Origin: a virus
Taxonomy: Duplodnaviria > Heunggongvirae > Uroviricota > Caudoviricetes
DNA: 48,054 bases
Direction: 5' to 3' (one strand)
Virus record (IMG/VR): IMGVR_UViG_2563366844_000004
Part shown: piece by piece, positions 30,058 to 39,405 of the stretch
How positions within the stretch are numbered: position 1 is the stretch's first letter
Layout of the letters: every line of letters begins with the position of its first letter
Made by a program: the position numbers and the translations under genes
The notes under the pieces: generated by a model
What the model was told of the DNA's origin: nothing
Seen by the model: the letters and a program-made list of their open reading frames with translations, nothing else
The model's database searches: none

Positions 30058-30600
30058 TCAAGCCGTTTTTTGAGCGAATGATTCTCGCATGGGAATGTAT
30101 AGCGCATACTCAGCAACGGCCAACCAATTAGCAATTCGCTTTTCGCATGTGCTAAAACACCACTCTGGGTGTGCATCATTTAGCAATTCAGCCATTTTGC
30201 GTTTGGTCATCCCCCGCCCCTCATACCGTTGCCGAAGGACGCTAATCAATCCTGGATGCTCTGCCAGCACCTCACTTATGACCCGATCAATACATAACGC
30301 CTCTGCATCAGTACAATGCGCCAGCCAGCTCTTTTGCTTACCGTTAATCATATCCCGCAAAAAAGCCTCAAGTTCAGACTTGTTCAGACCTGCTTTTTTC
30401 ATCCTCCGGAGCGCCTCGTTAATTGCCGTTTTTGTCAGCTTTTTAGAGGCCAACAACTGGTTGAACATATTCCCCGTCTTACCGCCGCCAATATACGACC
30501 AGCGCCCCCACATGCGCAGTTTTCCCTGAATCCAGACACTTTCCAGCGTGGTGAGACGAAGGTGTTCCCCGCTTTTGCCTGTATTTGTTGGGTAAATCAT
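30058..30600 (-). CDS. Putative late antiterminator Q-like protein
   Basis: About 181 aa from MIYPTNTGKSG...; motif GKLRMWGRWS; located immediately upstream of tRNAs and lysis cassette; family assignment from memory, unverified. Confidence 0.5.
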   Translation of the reverse strand: MIYPTNTGKSGEHLRLTTLESVWIQGKLRMWGRWSYIGGGKTGNMFNQLLASKKLTKTAINEALRRMKKAGLNKSELEAFLRDMINGKQKSWLAHCTDAEALCIDRVISEVLAEHPGLISVLRQRYEGRGMTKRKMAELLNDAHPEWCFSTCEKRIANWLAVAEYALYIPMRESFAQKTA

Positions 30601-30887
30601 AAATAACCTTCCTTTCTCCAGATTTCTTGCGTGCGAAAAACACCTTCTGCATGCATCAGGCGTAAATCTTCTTTGGTGTAATCGCTTGTTTTTACCCGCC
30701 CGTCGATTAAATCGTGGCATGAGCTACAGGCAATCGCCGCCTGCATATCGTGTGGTTTTGTCGCTGTTCCGCACGTTCCCGCCAGTCGGTAATGCGCCAG
30801 CACAGACGTTTCCGGATCGTGATTGCAGTAGCCAAGAATTCTGACGGTGCACATCCGCCCCCGCGCCGCTTTACGTAAATCCACCAT
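30597..30887 (-). CDS. YbcO-like protein (DUF1364, putative Zn-binding nuclease)
   Basis: 96 aa, Cys/His-rich (CTVRILGYCNHDPE...CSSCHDLIDGR), start codon overlaps upstream gene; nin-region position upstream of Q. Confidence 0.55.
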   Translation of the reverse strand: MVDLRKAARGRMCTVRILGYCNHDPETSVLAHYRLAGTCGTATKPHDMQAAIACSSCHDLIDGRVKTSDYTKEDLRLMHAEGVFRTQEIWRKEGYL

Positions 30888-31486
30888 TACGCAAACTCCA
30901 GCAGCTGCGCGGCCACATTTTCGACTTGTTCCGGAGAGGAAAATTTACGGAACAGAATCCAGTTCCACAGCACATTCAGAACAGATTTATAAACCTGCTG
31001 AAACTCGGTTTCGTCCATATTCGCAAAAGCGATAGATTTTGCCCGACGCCCGCGGCTACCGTCCGGATAAAAATGTTCGGTGTAAAATCCAGCCTGAATG
31101 GTTACCCACTCGCGAAAAGCCTCAAACGACTTTAGCAATGCCGTATCCCGGGTTCTGCGTGTCGCAACTGTATTCAGATATTGCTCTGCGGCATCACTCA
31201 GGGCTGGCGTGTGTTCCCGACCAACTGATTCGCACAGGTAATCAACGAAACCAGACAGCAGTTCTCGTTCGCGAGGCGTGATCGCCCCACCGACCGGAGT
31301 CCAGTAATCGAATCCCAGTTGCAGGAGTTTGAAAAAACGCTTGTGGAATGCGTAGTTACGCACACGCTTAAAGTCTGCGTGTATCCACTCGCCTATTTTG
31401 ATTTGATGCAGAAAATCACAACTCTCCGGCGTCGCCGGGAGAAGTAATCCGGAAGAGGTTTGTTTGACCAGTTGTATATGCGCCAT
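30887..31486 (-). CDS. Hypothetical nin-region protein (DUF1367-like)
   Basis: 199 aa ORF overlapping the start of the YbcO-like gene. Confidence 0.45.
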   Translation of the reverse strand: MAHIQLVKQTSSGLLLPATPESCDFLHQIKIGEWIHADFKRVRNYAFHKRFFKLLQLGFDYWTPVGGAITPRERELLSGFVDYLCESVGREHTPALSDAAEQYLNTVATRRTRDTALLKSFEAFREWVTIQAGFYTEHFYPDGSRGRRAKSIAFANMDETEFQQVYKSVLNVLWNWILFRKFSSPEQVENVAAQLLEFA

Positions 31487-31758
31487 TTCTTAATCTCTCG
31501 ATGGCGCAGCGCAGCAGATGCCAGTTGTTCAGGCTGACATATGAAGTATAAATAAACTGGCTCCAGTGTAAAGCCCCACCTTAATGGAATAAAAACCAAA
31601 AAACAGATTGCTGGGATACAAACAACGCTTATTATTAAAAGCGGTTAAACAAATTAAATTTTAATGTTATGCAAATCTGCCAGATCACCATAATATCTCA
31701 TTTGAAAACCGCTGAAATAACAACCCTATCAGGGTTAATCATATTAAGGTGAGTAAAT

Positions 31759-31845
31759 ATGGAAAACAACAAATCTGCACATTACGTTCCTTTTTTATCT
31801 ATAATACTTTTTGTATTTTGTTGTGTATGGGCGGTATTTTTATAA
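31759..31845 (+). CDS. Candidate 28 aa hydrophobic peptide (MENNKSAHYVPFLSIILFVFCCVWAVFL)
   Basis: ATG preceded by AAGGTGAG Shine-Dalgarno about 7 nt upstream; single predicted TM helix; followed by a GC hairpin; opposite strand to flanking genes in a 410 bp AT-rich intergenic region. Confidence 0.35.
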   Translation: MENNKSAHYVPFLSIILFVFCCVWAVFL

Positions 31846-31864
31846 AACACACCCACAAATAAAT

Positions 31865-31892
31865 CAAACCCGCTACAGCGGGTTTGATTTAT
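31865..31892. terminator. Bidirectional terminator-like hairpin between the small peptide ORF and the subtilase gene
   Basis: caaacccgctacagcgggtttg: stem caaacccgc/gcgggtttg, loop taca, T-rich flank on both strands. Confidence 0.45.
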
Positions 31893-31899
31893 ATAGTTG

Positions 31900-33506
31900 T
31901 TATACGGAAACTGGCACACGAGCAGGCAATGGATAGTGAGCCCAGTTATTAGCATTTAAAGCTCTTACGCCATCAGCATAAACTTGTGTGTTTCCATCTA
32001 ATGATTTTAAAGTTACTACAATAGTTACAGGTAAAGGCTCCATTAAGGCCGGTTCATTCGCTCTCAACGTTGTTTTAGCCTGAAGAGCCCAGTTACCCGA
32101 AGTAATTCCTTTATTAAATGCCTTGCGATGAATTTTTACTGGTAACCACTTTCCACCATGCTCAATTTGAGCTCTCTCATATCCAGATTGACCGTTTTCT
32201 CCTTCCATAGGCACTTTTCCTTTTATAGTATTATTCTCAATTAAGCCAAAACTTAGCTCTACGTTCGCGCGAACATATTCACTGCCGGCATTAGGGTTCA
32301 GTGGTGGTGCATATGCAGCAGTAATTACAATCTCACCTTTAAATTTTCCATTTTGAATAAGTGCCGATGGTATGGGATAGTTATCCTTTCTCCACCTCAC
32401 CCCAGGAACCAAGAATGTTTGGAAAATCAGAGTAAACCTATCATCACTATCATATAAGGTCTCAATAACTTCATTAGGAATTCCCGCTCCCAAATAGCGT
32501 CTTTCACTTGGCGAGTAATCAGGAGAAGATAATTGAGCGGAATGAATTAATAATGCTTTAATCAATGATGGTGAAACATTAAAGTCTGTATTAGTGGCTA
32601 TTCTCTGCCATGTATGCGCAGCTAAACTTGCCACAATTGGAGCAGCAAAACTAGTACCAAAATTAGAGCAAAGCCTATTATCTGGCCCTACGACCTTTAA
32701 ACTGCTTGCTCCTACATTCCAAGGTCTATGAACCCCACCGCCAGCATGGATTATATCTGGCTTTGGAGTAAATACAGGCCCAGGGCCACGACGAGTATAT
32801 GGTGTCGGTGTTCCAATTTCACTTAAAGCATCATTAGCTTCCATATGAGAAACTGAACCAACTGTTAGTGCTCGGACTGACTCTCCAGGAGAGGAAATTA
32901 AATCAGCACCTCCAAGCGGATCAGGATTTGGCCATGTACGTATAGGTTCATCTACATAATTACCTGCAGCAACTACAAACAAAATACCAAATTTATCGCT
33001 GAGCCGATCTAACTCCATCGCAAAATCACTAAACGTCTGCTCATTACATGGTCCGCCTCCCAAAGACAAATTCCAGACTTTTATATCTGGTCTTTTATTT
33101 ACAGCATCTGCTAGCCTCAGAATTAAATCTGATATATAAGATCCATTTTCATCTAAGGCACAAACATCATGGATTTTAGATTTTGTATCAGGAATCCATG
33201 GATGATTGTCATTTAAAAAATGAGCGCCTGATATCAATGAAGACACCATAGTCCCATGTTCATAACTCGTATCAGGAGGAATTACGTATGTTTCCCTACT
33301 CACTACCCAAGGAGTAATTGTTGCCGCGATGGGGCTTACCCCAGTGTCAAATACAGCAACAATGGGTAATTCTTCTGATGGTACGGGAAAGCTATTTGTT
33401 TCAATGCCAACAGAATCACTTACACTAACCGGGAATGCTGAATATTTTGGTTCAGGAATTAACGTTCTTATACCCGGGTAATCAATGAGAATGTCTAATA
33501 TATATC
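31900..33506 (-). pseudogene. S8 subtilisin-like serine peptidase, 3-prime fragment (catalytic domain plus C-terminal domain) of an IS903-interrupted gene
   Basis: Catalytic motifs all present: VAVFDTGV (Asp), HGTMVSS (His), AAGN (oxyanion Asn), GTSFAAP (Ser); reading frame open from the IS boundary at 33506 (track ORF begins at an internal GTG at 33303). Confidence 0.8.
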
Positions 33507-34562
33507 GGCTTTGTTGAATAAATAAGATTTCGTGCGAACGACCCTGTAGCTGGCTGGATTTTCAGGCAATACGCACGCTTTCTGGCATCCCAGCCTTTGT
33601 CATCCTGTTCAACGCACGCACCATGGCCATAGCTTCCGCTACCTGACCATCGTAGTCACGCAGCGTCAGTGAATCTCCCAACAACTGCTTCATTCTGTAC
33701 ATTGCCGTTTCCGCTATCGAGCGACGGTTATATTCCGTTGTCCATTTCCACCGTGCATTGCTTCCGCTCAGCCGCTGATTAGCAACGGCACGGTTGCGGT
33801 CTGCGTACTCACCGGGCCAGTAACCTGCTCCTTTTCGGGGAGGAATAAGCGCGCTGATTTTTTTGCGGCGCAGTTCATCGTGACAGAGCCGGGTATCGTA
33901 AGCCCCGTCTGCCGCGGCTGCCCTGATTTTTCTGTGAGTCTGCCGGATAAGGCCCGGGAAGGCTTCTGAGTCCGTGACGTTATTCAGCGACAGGTCTGCA
34001 CAGACAACTTCATGTGTGTTGCTGTCAACAGCAAGATGCAACTTTCGCCAGATACGACGGCGCTCTTTGCCGTGCTTTCTGACTTTCCATTCGCCTTCAC
34101 CAAAGACCTTCAGCCCGGTGGAATCAATCACCAGGTGTGCGATTTCACCCCGGGTGGACGTTTTGAAACTGACATTAACCGACTTTGCCCGCTTACTGAC
34201 ACTGGTGTAATCCGGGCAGCGCAACGGAACGTTCATCAGGGCAAAAATGGAATCAATAAAACCCTGCGCAGCCCGCAGGGTCAGCCGGAATACGCGTTTA
34301 ATCACCAGAACGGTGGTGATGGCGAGATCAGAATAGCGCTGGGGCCTTCCTCGTGATGAAGGCGTTGCCGACTCATACCAGGCCTGAATCGCTTCATCAT
34401 CCAGCCAGAAAGTGAGGGAGCCACGGTTGATGAGAGCTTTGTTGTAGGTGGACCAGTTGGTGATTCTGAACTTTTGCTTTGCCACGGAATGGTCTGTGTT
34501 GTCGGGAGGATGCGTGATCTGATCCTTCAACTCAGCAAAAGTTCGATTTATTCAACAAAGCC
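33507..34562 (-). mobile_element. IS903 (IS5 family) insertion sequence, about 1056 bp
   Basis: Terminal inverted repeats ggctttgttgaataaat at both ends; perfect 9 bp direct target duplication atatatatc at 33498-33506 and 34563-34571; encodes 307 aa transposase. Confidence 0.9.
33562..34485 (-). CDS. IS903 transposase (DDE)
   Basis: 307 aa from GTG: VAKQKFRITNWSTYNKALINRGSLTFWLDDEAIQAWY... matches IS903 transposase as I recall it; track ORF extends 15 codons upstream. Confidence 0.9.
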   Translation of the reverse strand: MAKQKFRITNWSTYNKALINRGSLTFWLDDEAIQAWYESATPSSRGRPQRYSDLAITTVLVIKRVFRLTLRAAQGFIDSIFALMNVPLRCPDYTSVSKRAKSVNVSFKTSTRGEIAHLVIDSTGLKVFGEGEWKVRKHGKERRRIWRKLHLAVDSNTHEVVCADLSLNNVTDSEAFPGLIRQTHRKIRAAAADGAYDTRLCHDELRRKKISALIPPRKGAGYWPGEYADRNRAVANQRLSGSNARWKWTTEYNRRSIAETAMYRMKQLLGDSLTLRDYDGQVAEAMAMVRALNRMTKAGMPESVRIA

Positions 34563-35229
34563 ATATATATCTATCATTTGGGGATAAATCCATTATCCTT
34601 AATAAGGGAAGACCACATTTTTGTCTAATCTCATCATATTTAACTCCGTGTTGTTCTAATATAGAAATAACGTTTTCATAGTTGTTGTAAGTTGCATCTT
34701 CACCTGTGTACTCAAATAGTCGTACAAGGATGTTTGATGATTCAAACAAACCATCAGTGCCTCCTGGAACCTTCCTATTCTCATCCCAAGGTTCAATGCG
34801 CTCAATCGCGCTTAGATTAGCCAAAATCGCTTTAATATTCCGATGTAAAATGACTGACTCTAATACGTCAAAACAGCCGGCATGAGCAGCAACCAACATT
34901 TCATCTATTTTGGCATGACCGGCATTTTGCAATCCAGCCTCTTGAGCAATTTTGTTCGGCCTATGCGTTTTGGCTATTCCCTGGTCTCTTAATTTGAAAA
35001 CCAAAGTACCCAAGCTTCCAGGGTACTCTGAAAGTTTGGATTCTAAATAATGTTTACTGGTTGTTAAATTTCTTACTAGCCCTTGTCTATATTCGGCTGT
35101 TACATCAACCAATACCTTTGCCCCACCGCCAGCGTTTACTATTGCACCCAAGTCACTACTGGAAAAAGGGATTCTTAACATTGGGTTTGTAACTTTTGCG
35201 TTACTAAACTGTGTACCCCTTCTGCTCAT
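34563..35229 (-). pseudogene. 5-prime fragment (N-terminal about 222 aa domain) of the IS903-interrupted S8 peptidase gene
   Basis: Frame ...PNDRYI runs into the IS (W-L-C-stop inside the inverted repeat); removing IS plus one TSD copy fuses it in frame to ...LDILIDYPG... of the downstream fragment; start overlaps ATPase stop. Confidence 0.75.
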
Positions 35230-36358
35230 ATGCTCCTGACTCCTTCAGAATGTTTGAAATTACTCTTGATGTAAGTTTGTACAAATTAGCAAGAACTCTG
35301 ATAGAAAATAATTTTTTATCTTTAGAACGTAACCAACGAATTTCATCTTCGTAAGTGCTTAAATTTACACCTTCCATAAGCGATTGAGCAAGATACAAAC
35401 GCCTATACAATTTATGGTGATTTATCACACTTGCACCTTCAATAACTGCATCCCTACGTGCATCCAAGCTCACCTGTTCAATTATTGCTCCGGATAATCC
35501 TTCCGATTTTCTTGATAAATCACTTAAATCTAGATCGCTACATATCATATTCTTTAAACGATTTTTCCAAATTAACTCTCTCTGATGTATGTCAGGCAGA
35601 GGCATTGGAATTCTGAAGCTAAATCGCCTCCAGATTGCAGGATCCAGAAGTTGCTCATGGTTAGTTGAGGCAATAATTACCGTATCCTCTGATGCCGCAT
35701 CCATATTCTGCAATAGTGAAATGACAACTCGCTGAAGCTCACCTATATCTCTCTCATTACCTCTTGCTCCAGCTAAAGCATCAAATTCGTCTAAAAAAAG
35801 CACTGATGGCCTCTGCATTACATAATCGAAAACCTGTCTAAGATTTTTGCTGGTTTGTCCCAATAAACTACTAATCAAAGTATCGCAACGCACTGTAAGA
35901 AGTGGAAAATCTAAGCGGGTAGCGATGTACTTAGATAACATAGTCTTACCTGTTCCTGGCTTTCCATACACGAGCATACGACTCGGCAATGCTGCATCAG
36001 CTTTAACAAACTCATCATAACGTTGAACATTAGTGATAAACTCTTCAACACGGGTACTGATTGCTGCAGGCAGAAAAATCTCTGAACTGTCTAATTTAGG
36101 ATAACTGACATCAACAGTGTTGAGTCGACTATCAATATCTACCGGTAATGAGCCCAGAGATATCCCACCTCCAGCCCTTTGAGCTCCTGCCAACGCCTGG
36201 GGAGCTCTAAGCAACCTTTCTCTTATCATTCTGGCTTGCTTGACCTCCCCTTTTTGTTCGAGCTTATCTGCCAGCAACCCAGCATAATTACTAGCCATCG
36301 AAGCATTTGCCTTTGTTGCACCTTCAATGATTTTTAACACTTCTGATAAATAATCCAT
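35204..36358 (-). CDS. AAA+ ATPase (classical AAA domain), partner of the S8 peptidase
   Basis: 384 aa; Walker A GKPGTGKT, Walker B LFLDEFDAL, sensor-1 IIASTN, Arg finger region WRRF; 190 bp AT-rich intergenic region upstream. Confidence 0.85.
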   Translation of the reverse strand: MDYLSEVLKIIEGATKANASMASNYAGLLADKLEQKGEVKQARMIRERLLRAPQALAGAQRAGGGISLGSLPVDIDSRLNTVDVSYPKLDSSEIFLPAAISTRVEEFITNVQRYDEFVKADAALPSRMLVYGKPGTGKTMLSKYIATRLDFPLLTVRCDTLISSLLGQTSKNLRQVFDYVMQRPSVLFLDEFDALAGARGNERDIGELQRVVISLLQNMDAASEDTVIIASTNHEQLLDPAIWRRFSFRIPMPLPDIHQRELIWKNRLKNMICSDLDLSDLSRKSEGLSGAIIEQVSLDARRDAVIEGASVINHHKLYRRLYLAQSLMEGVNLSTYEDEIRWLRSKDKKLFSIRVLANLYKLTSRVISNILKESGAYEQKGYTV

Positions 36359-36551
36359 TCAACACTCCCACAACAAAAAGCCACAGCAATCAAAAAATGA
36401 GCACGCAGAATCAAAATACTCTCTAATCGTAACGCATTTTGAGATTTTTGATACGTTTTTTTGGGATTATGTAACGCCAAATGGTCATTTTGTGTCAGAA
36501 AAATAAATCTTAGTACCGAGAATATGTAGCTTCCATCCTTCATCGTTCTAT

Positions 36552-36998
36552 TCATCCCTGATCTCCAAGCCTCTCTCGAAAACCATTCTGATAAAACGCC
36601 AGCACACGCTGCATAACTTCACTCTTCCGGCACTCGCGACAGATTATGTTCAGACGCCTGTCGTAGCGGCGTATTTCTCCGTCTGGTAATGACCAGATAA
36701 GGTCCGGATCAACCACAGATGGTTTCTTCACCTTTGCCCTGGATAGTTTTTTGCGGGCATTTTGCCAGTCCTTACGAGCCTGTTCAGACGGGAATAACCC
36801 GTAACCAGAGTTGTATACATCGCCACTGGCAACCAGCTCTCTGGCGAGAACGCTCATCAGATATCTTGTCGCACCTGTCTTGGCCTCCAGTTGTCGTAAC
36901 GTCTCGCGTCCACTCCGGCGTACTAGCTCAACAACCTGCCCTTTAATTTTTTCCCGCTCTTCTTGTGTAAATACTTTTGCCATAAGCGCCTCCGGCAA
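36552..36998 (-). CDS. Hypothetical protein
   Basis: 148 aa basic protein translationally coupled to upstream wHTH gene. Confidence 0.4.
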   Translation of the reverse strand: MPEALMAKVFTQEEREKIKGQVVELVRRSGRETLRQLEAKTGATRYLMSVLARELVASGDVYNSGYGLFPSEQARKDWQNARKKLSRAKVKKPSVVDPDLIWSLPDGEIRRYDRRLNIICRECRKSEVMQRVLAFYQNGFRERLGDQG

Positions 36999-37811
36999 TC
37001 ACTTTTCCGATACAACACGGCGGGAAGAATCAGCAATCTGTCGAACAATATCCCGGTGCTTGTTCAGCTCCCGCAGCGCGGCGCAGACTCGCTCCCACTT
37101 CTGGACATGATTTTTCGCCCGACGCAGTTCGCGGTTTGCCATATGCAGCGATGGCAAAATCAGGTCATCAGCTCGCGTTTCAGTAAACGATGGCAGCGAC
37201 TGCACAATGTCCGCCACAGTTTCTGTTTTAATATCTTCCTGTGTTGCAGCTTCCTGTACTGGTAACGCAACATCTGCTGGCTGAGGAAAGGCTTTAAAAT
37301 CAGTTTCCGTTACCGATGCAGCTTTCGGCTTTGCTGGTAAATTATCGCCCGGTATGCAGTAACGAAATTTACCGTTCTGATTAACGCGAATCAGACGACC
37401 TTTGCTGATTGCCATTGCCAGCGTTGAAGCCACTTTGCGTGATGTGGTACCGAACCATGTAGCCAACTCATCCGCCGTTTGTGGTCCACGTTGTTCAATC
37501 GTCGCAGTTAAATCGCACTCCGAAATTTTCGCGACTGTTGCCGTGGTGGTTTCTTCCGGCGGTTCTGCCTGCTCTGGCTGTTCCTGCTGAACGTTGTTAT
37601 CAGCCACACGCCAGGTGTATACGCTTTTATCAACGAAACCAGCCTTTTTCAGCTCCCACAGCTCGTTCAGTACCTCTTCACGACTGATATCAAGTCGCGC
37701 AGCCAGTTCTACCGACGTGGCTTTTCCCATTGCTTTCAGTGCGTCAAAAACAGTCTCCATTAAAATTTCCTCCCGGTAAAAATCACTTCGCAATTCCTGG
37801 CTGGACGACAT
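36999..37811 (-). CDS. Hypothetical protein with two winged-helix-like segments and an acidic/Pro-rich linker
   Basis: 270 aa; [30 protein letters not shown] and [28 protein letters not shown] resemble wHTH motifs; directly follows DnaC-like gene. Confidence 0.45.
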   Translation of the reverse strand: MSSSQELRSDFYREEILMETVFDALKAMGKATSVELAARLDISREEVLNELWELKKAGFVDKSVYTWRVADNNVQQEQPEQAEPPEETTTATVAKISECDLTATIEQRGPQTADELATWFGTTSRKVASTLAMAISKGRLIRVNQNGKFRYCIPGDNLPAKPKAASVTETDFKAFPQPADVALPVQEAATQEDIKTETVADIVQSLPSFTETRADDLILPSLHMANRELRRAKNHVQKWERVCAALRELNKHRDIVRQIADSSRRVVSEK

Positions 37812-38529
37812 TCGGACGCCAGCTCTCCCAGTTAAAATTCACCCAGCGTCCGCCGTTCATGGTCATGCGATCCATAATCCGCTCGCCGAGCAATGTTTTC
37901 ATGGCCTCATAGTTCAGGTTTGTCAGCATCCCCACGCTGCGCATCGACGCTGTCCGGCGATCAACAATCTGGTGCAGCACCACCTGCTCGTTTTTTGTCT
38001 CGCGCTGAATGCCAATTTCATCAAGAACCAGCAGATCCACTTCGCACAGTTCCCGCAAAAATTTTTCGCCTGACTGCCCATCGTCATAGCTGGCGTGCAG
38101 GGCACTCATAACATCAGCCACGGTAACCACAATCACTGTCTGACCGTCTTTCAGCAGGCGATTCCCGATAGCTGCCGCTAAGTGGTTCTTCCCGGTACCA
38201 GGTTTTCCGCTGAACGCAAAATTTGTACACCCGGTCATCAGTTCATCAGCGATGGATTTCGCCTGACTCAACGCGTATCGCTGCGCTTCGTTCTGCACCT
38301 GGTAATTCGAAAACGAGCATTTGCGGTGCAATGGCTGGATGCCAGAGCGATTCAGAATTTTTTCCACCCGCAACTGACGATTCTGACGGTTGATCTCCTC
38401 ACAACGTTTCTGGCCTTCGGAAAGTTGCCACTCGCGCCACTCCGCTACCGTCTTGAATGGCGCGGTTACATGTGACGGGGCCAGTCTGCGGATACGTTCA
38501 AGAACGTCGCCTGTCGCAATATTTTTCAT
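37783..38529 (-). CDS. ydaV: DnaC-like replication protein (helicase loader, IstB-like ATPase)
   Basis: 248 aa; Walker [16 protein letters not shown], Walker B LLVLDEIG. Confidence 0.8.
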   Translation of the reverse strand: MKNIATGDVLERIRRLAPSHVTAPFKTVAEWREWQLSEGQKRCEEINRQNRQLRVEKILNRSGIQPLHRKCSFSNYQVQNEAQRYALSQAKSIADELMTGCTNFAFSGKPGTGKNHLAAAIGNRLLKDGQTVIVVTVADVMSALHASYDDGQSGEKFLRELCEVDLLVLDEIGIQRETKNEQVVLHQIVDRRTASMRSVGMLTNLNYEAMKTLLGERIMDRMTMNGGRWVNFNWESWRPNVVQPGIAK

Positions 38530-38535
38530 GGACAG

Positions 38536-39393
38536 TTACCCCCTGAAGCCTGGCGGGATCGCACTATCCGGTAACGAGACGGTGTTAACCTGTCGGAGTA
38601 ACGTCTCAGGTCGAACACCTTTCGGCGCGAACAAGCCCTGGTATTCATTGGCGATGCTGTGTCTAATCACCTGCTCAGGTGAAAAACCCTGCTGGCGGAA
38701 TTTTTCCAGCTCCCGTATCGCCCCGTTAGCGCCCTGCTCCGTTCGAATCGGTTTTCGCAATGCCTGGCGAAATTCAACCCACTCACGCCAAAGCGAGACA
38801 GAAATCCAGTTCGGCAAAGCAATATCCAGAGGGTCAAACTTTTTGACACCTCGATTCCCCCGGGGGGGATTTAGGGGGGGATCTGTTTTTAGATCTTTAT
38901 CTGTATCTTTATTAGTTGCCTTTGTGTTGACATCATGTTCAAACACCACTTCAACATCTGTTTGAACACCTGTTAAATTTCTCTCTTGTTTTGTTTGAAC
39001 ATCTGCTTCCTTTCTGCTTCTTCTGGCCTGAACAGATGCTTTTCCTGCGGCTGATTTTTTGGTTAATTTTTCCCTAACTGATGCCAGATCTTCCGCAATC
39101 CGAAGATGCACCCATTCCTCGCCGTTATCGCAAAAAAACTCCTGCAAGGATGGTTCAACATCAGCCCATCGCTCGTTAGTCAGACGGGCAATTTTTGCCA
39201 GCCTGTTTTTAGGTATTGGCTTTCCTGTTTGCCAGTAATTGAACATCAGCAACAAATACGCACCATGCTCCTCTGCTGACAAATGCATGGTGTCAGCCAG
39301 GTAATCAGCTATGTACAGTTGCATGTATGGTAATGCGGCCATAATTGCCCCGTATGATGCTGCCCGGTGGCTTAGAATAAGCACAAACAGCAT
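38536..39393 (-). CDS. ydaU: Replication initiation O-like protein (DUF1376 N-terminus)
   Basis: 285 aa (possible start at internal MAALPYMQLYIADY), upstream of DnaC-like gene; contains candidate ori repeats within coding sequence. Confidence 0.7.
   Translation of the reverse strand: MLFVLILSHRAASYGAIMAALPYMQLYIADYLADTMHLSAEEHGAYLLLMFNYWQTGKPIPKNRLAKIARLTNERWADVEPSLQEFFCDNGEEWVHLRIAEDLASVREKLTKKSAAGKASVQARRSRKEADVQTKQERNLTGVQTDVEVVFEHDVNTKATNKDTDKDLKTDPPLNPPRGNRGVKKFDPLDIALPNWISVSLWREWVEFRQALRKPIRTEQGANGAIRELEKFRQQGFSPEQVIRHSIANEYQGLFAPKGVRPETLLRQVNTVSLPDSAIPPGFRG
38925..39006. repeat. Iteron-like repeats (candidate replication origin) inside the O-like gene
   Basis: Repeated TGTTTGAACA / TGTTCAAACA units with CATCTG flanks, preceded by a G-run and an AT-rich stretch (gatctttatctgtatctttattag). 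Confidence 0.35.
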
Positions 39394-39405
39394 GAAAACT
39401 TTTGC

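Noticed and set aside
30058-30720. Full 220 aa extent of the Q-like ORF from the first in-frame start
   Set aside because: The 5-prime 40 codons overlap the upstream YbcO-like gene; an ATG at 30600 giving MIYPTN... forms an ATGA-type overlap with the upstream stop and is the more plausible start
36334-36555. 73 aa minus-strand ORF upstream of the ATPase
   Set aside because: Overlaps the ATPase start out of frame and lies in an AT-rich probable promoter region; likely spurious
38860-38885. G/C homopolymer tracts (cccccggggggg, ggggggg) considered as possible CRISPR-like or phase-variable repeat
   Set aside because: Single occurrence inside ydaU coding sequence; no repeat-spacer periodicity anywhere in the window; no CRISPR array present
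38390-38965. 191 aa plus-strand ORF spanning the ydaV/ydaU junction
   Set aside because: Antisense to two co-directional replication genes with clear motifs
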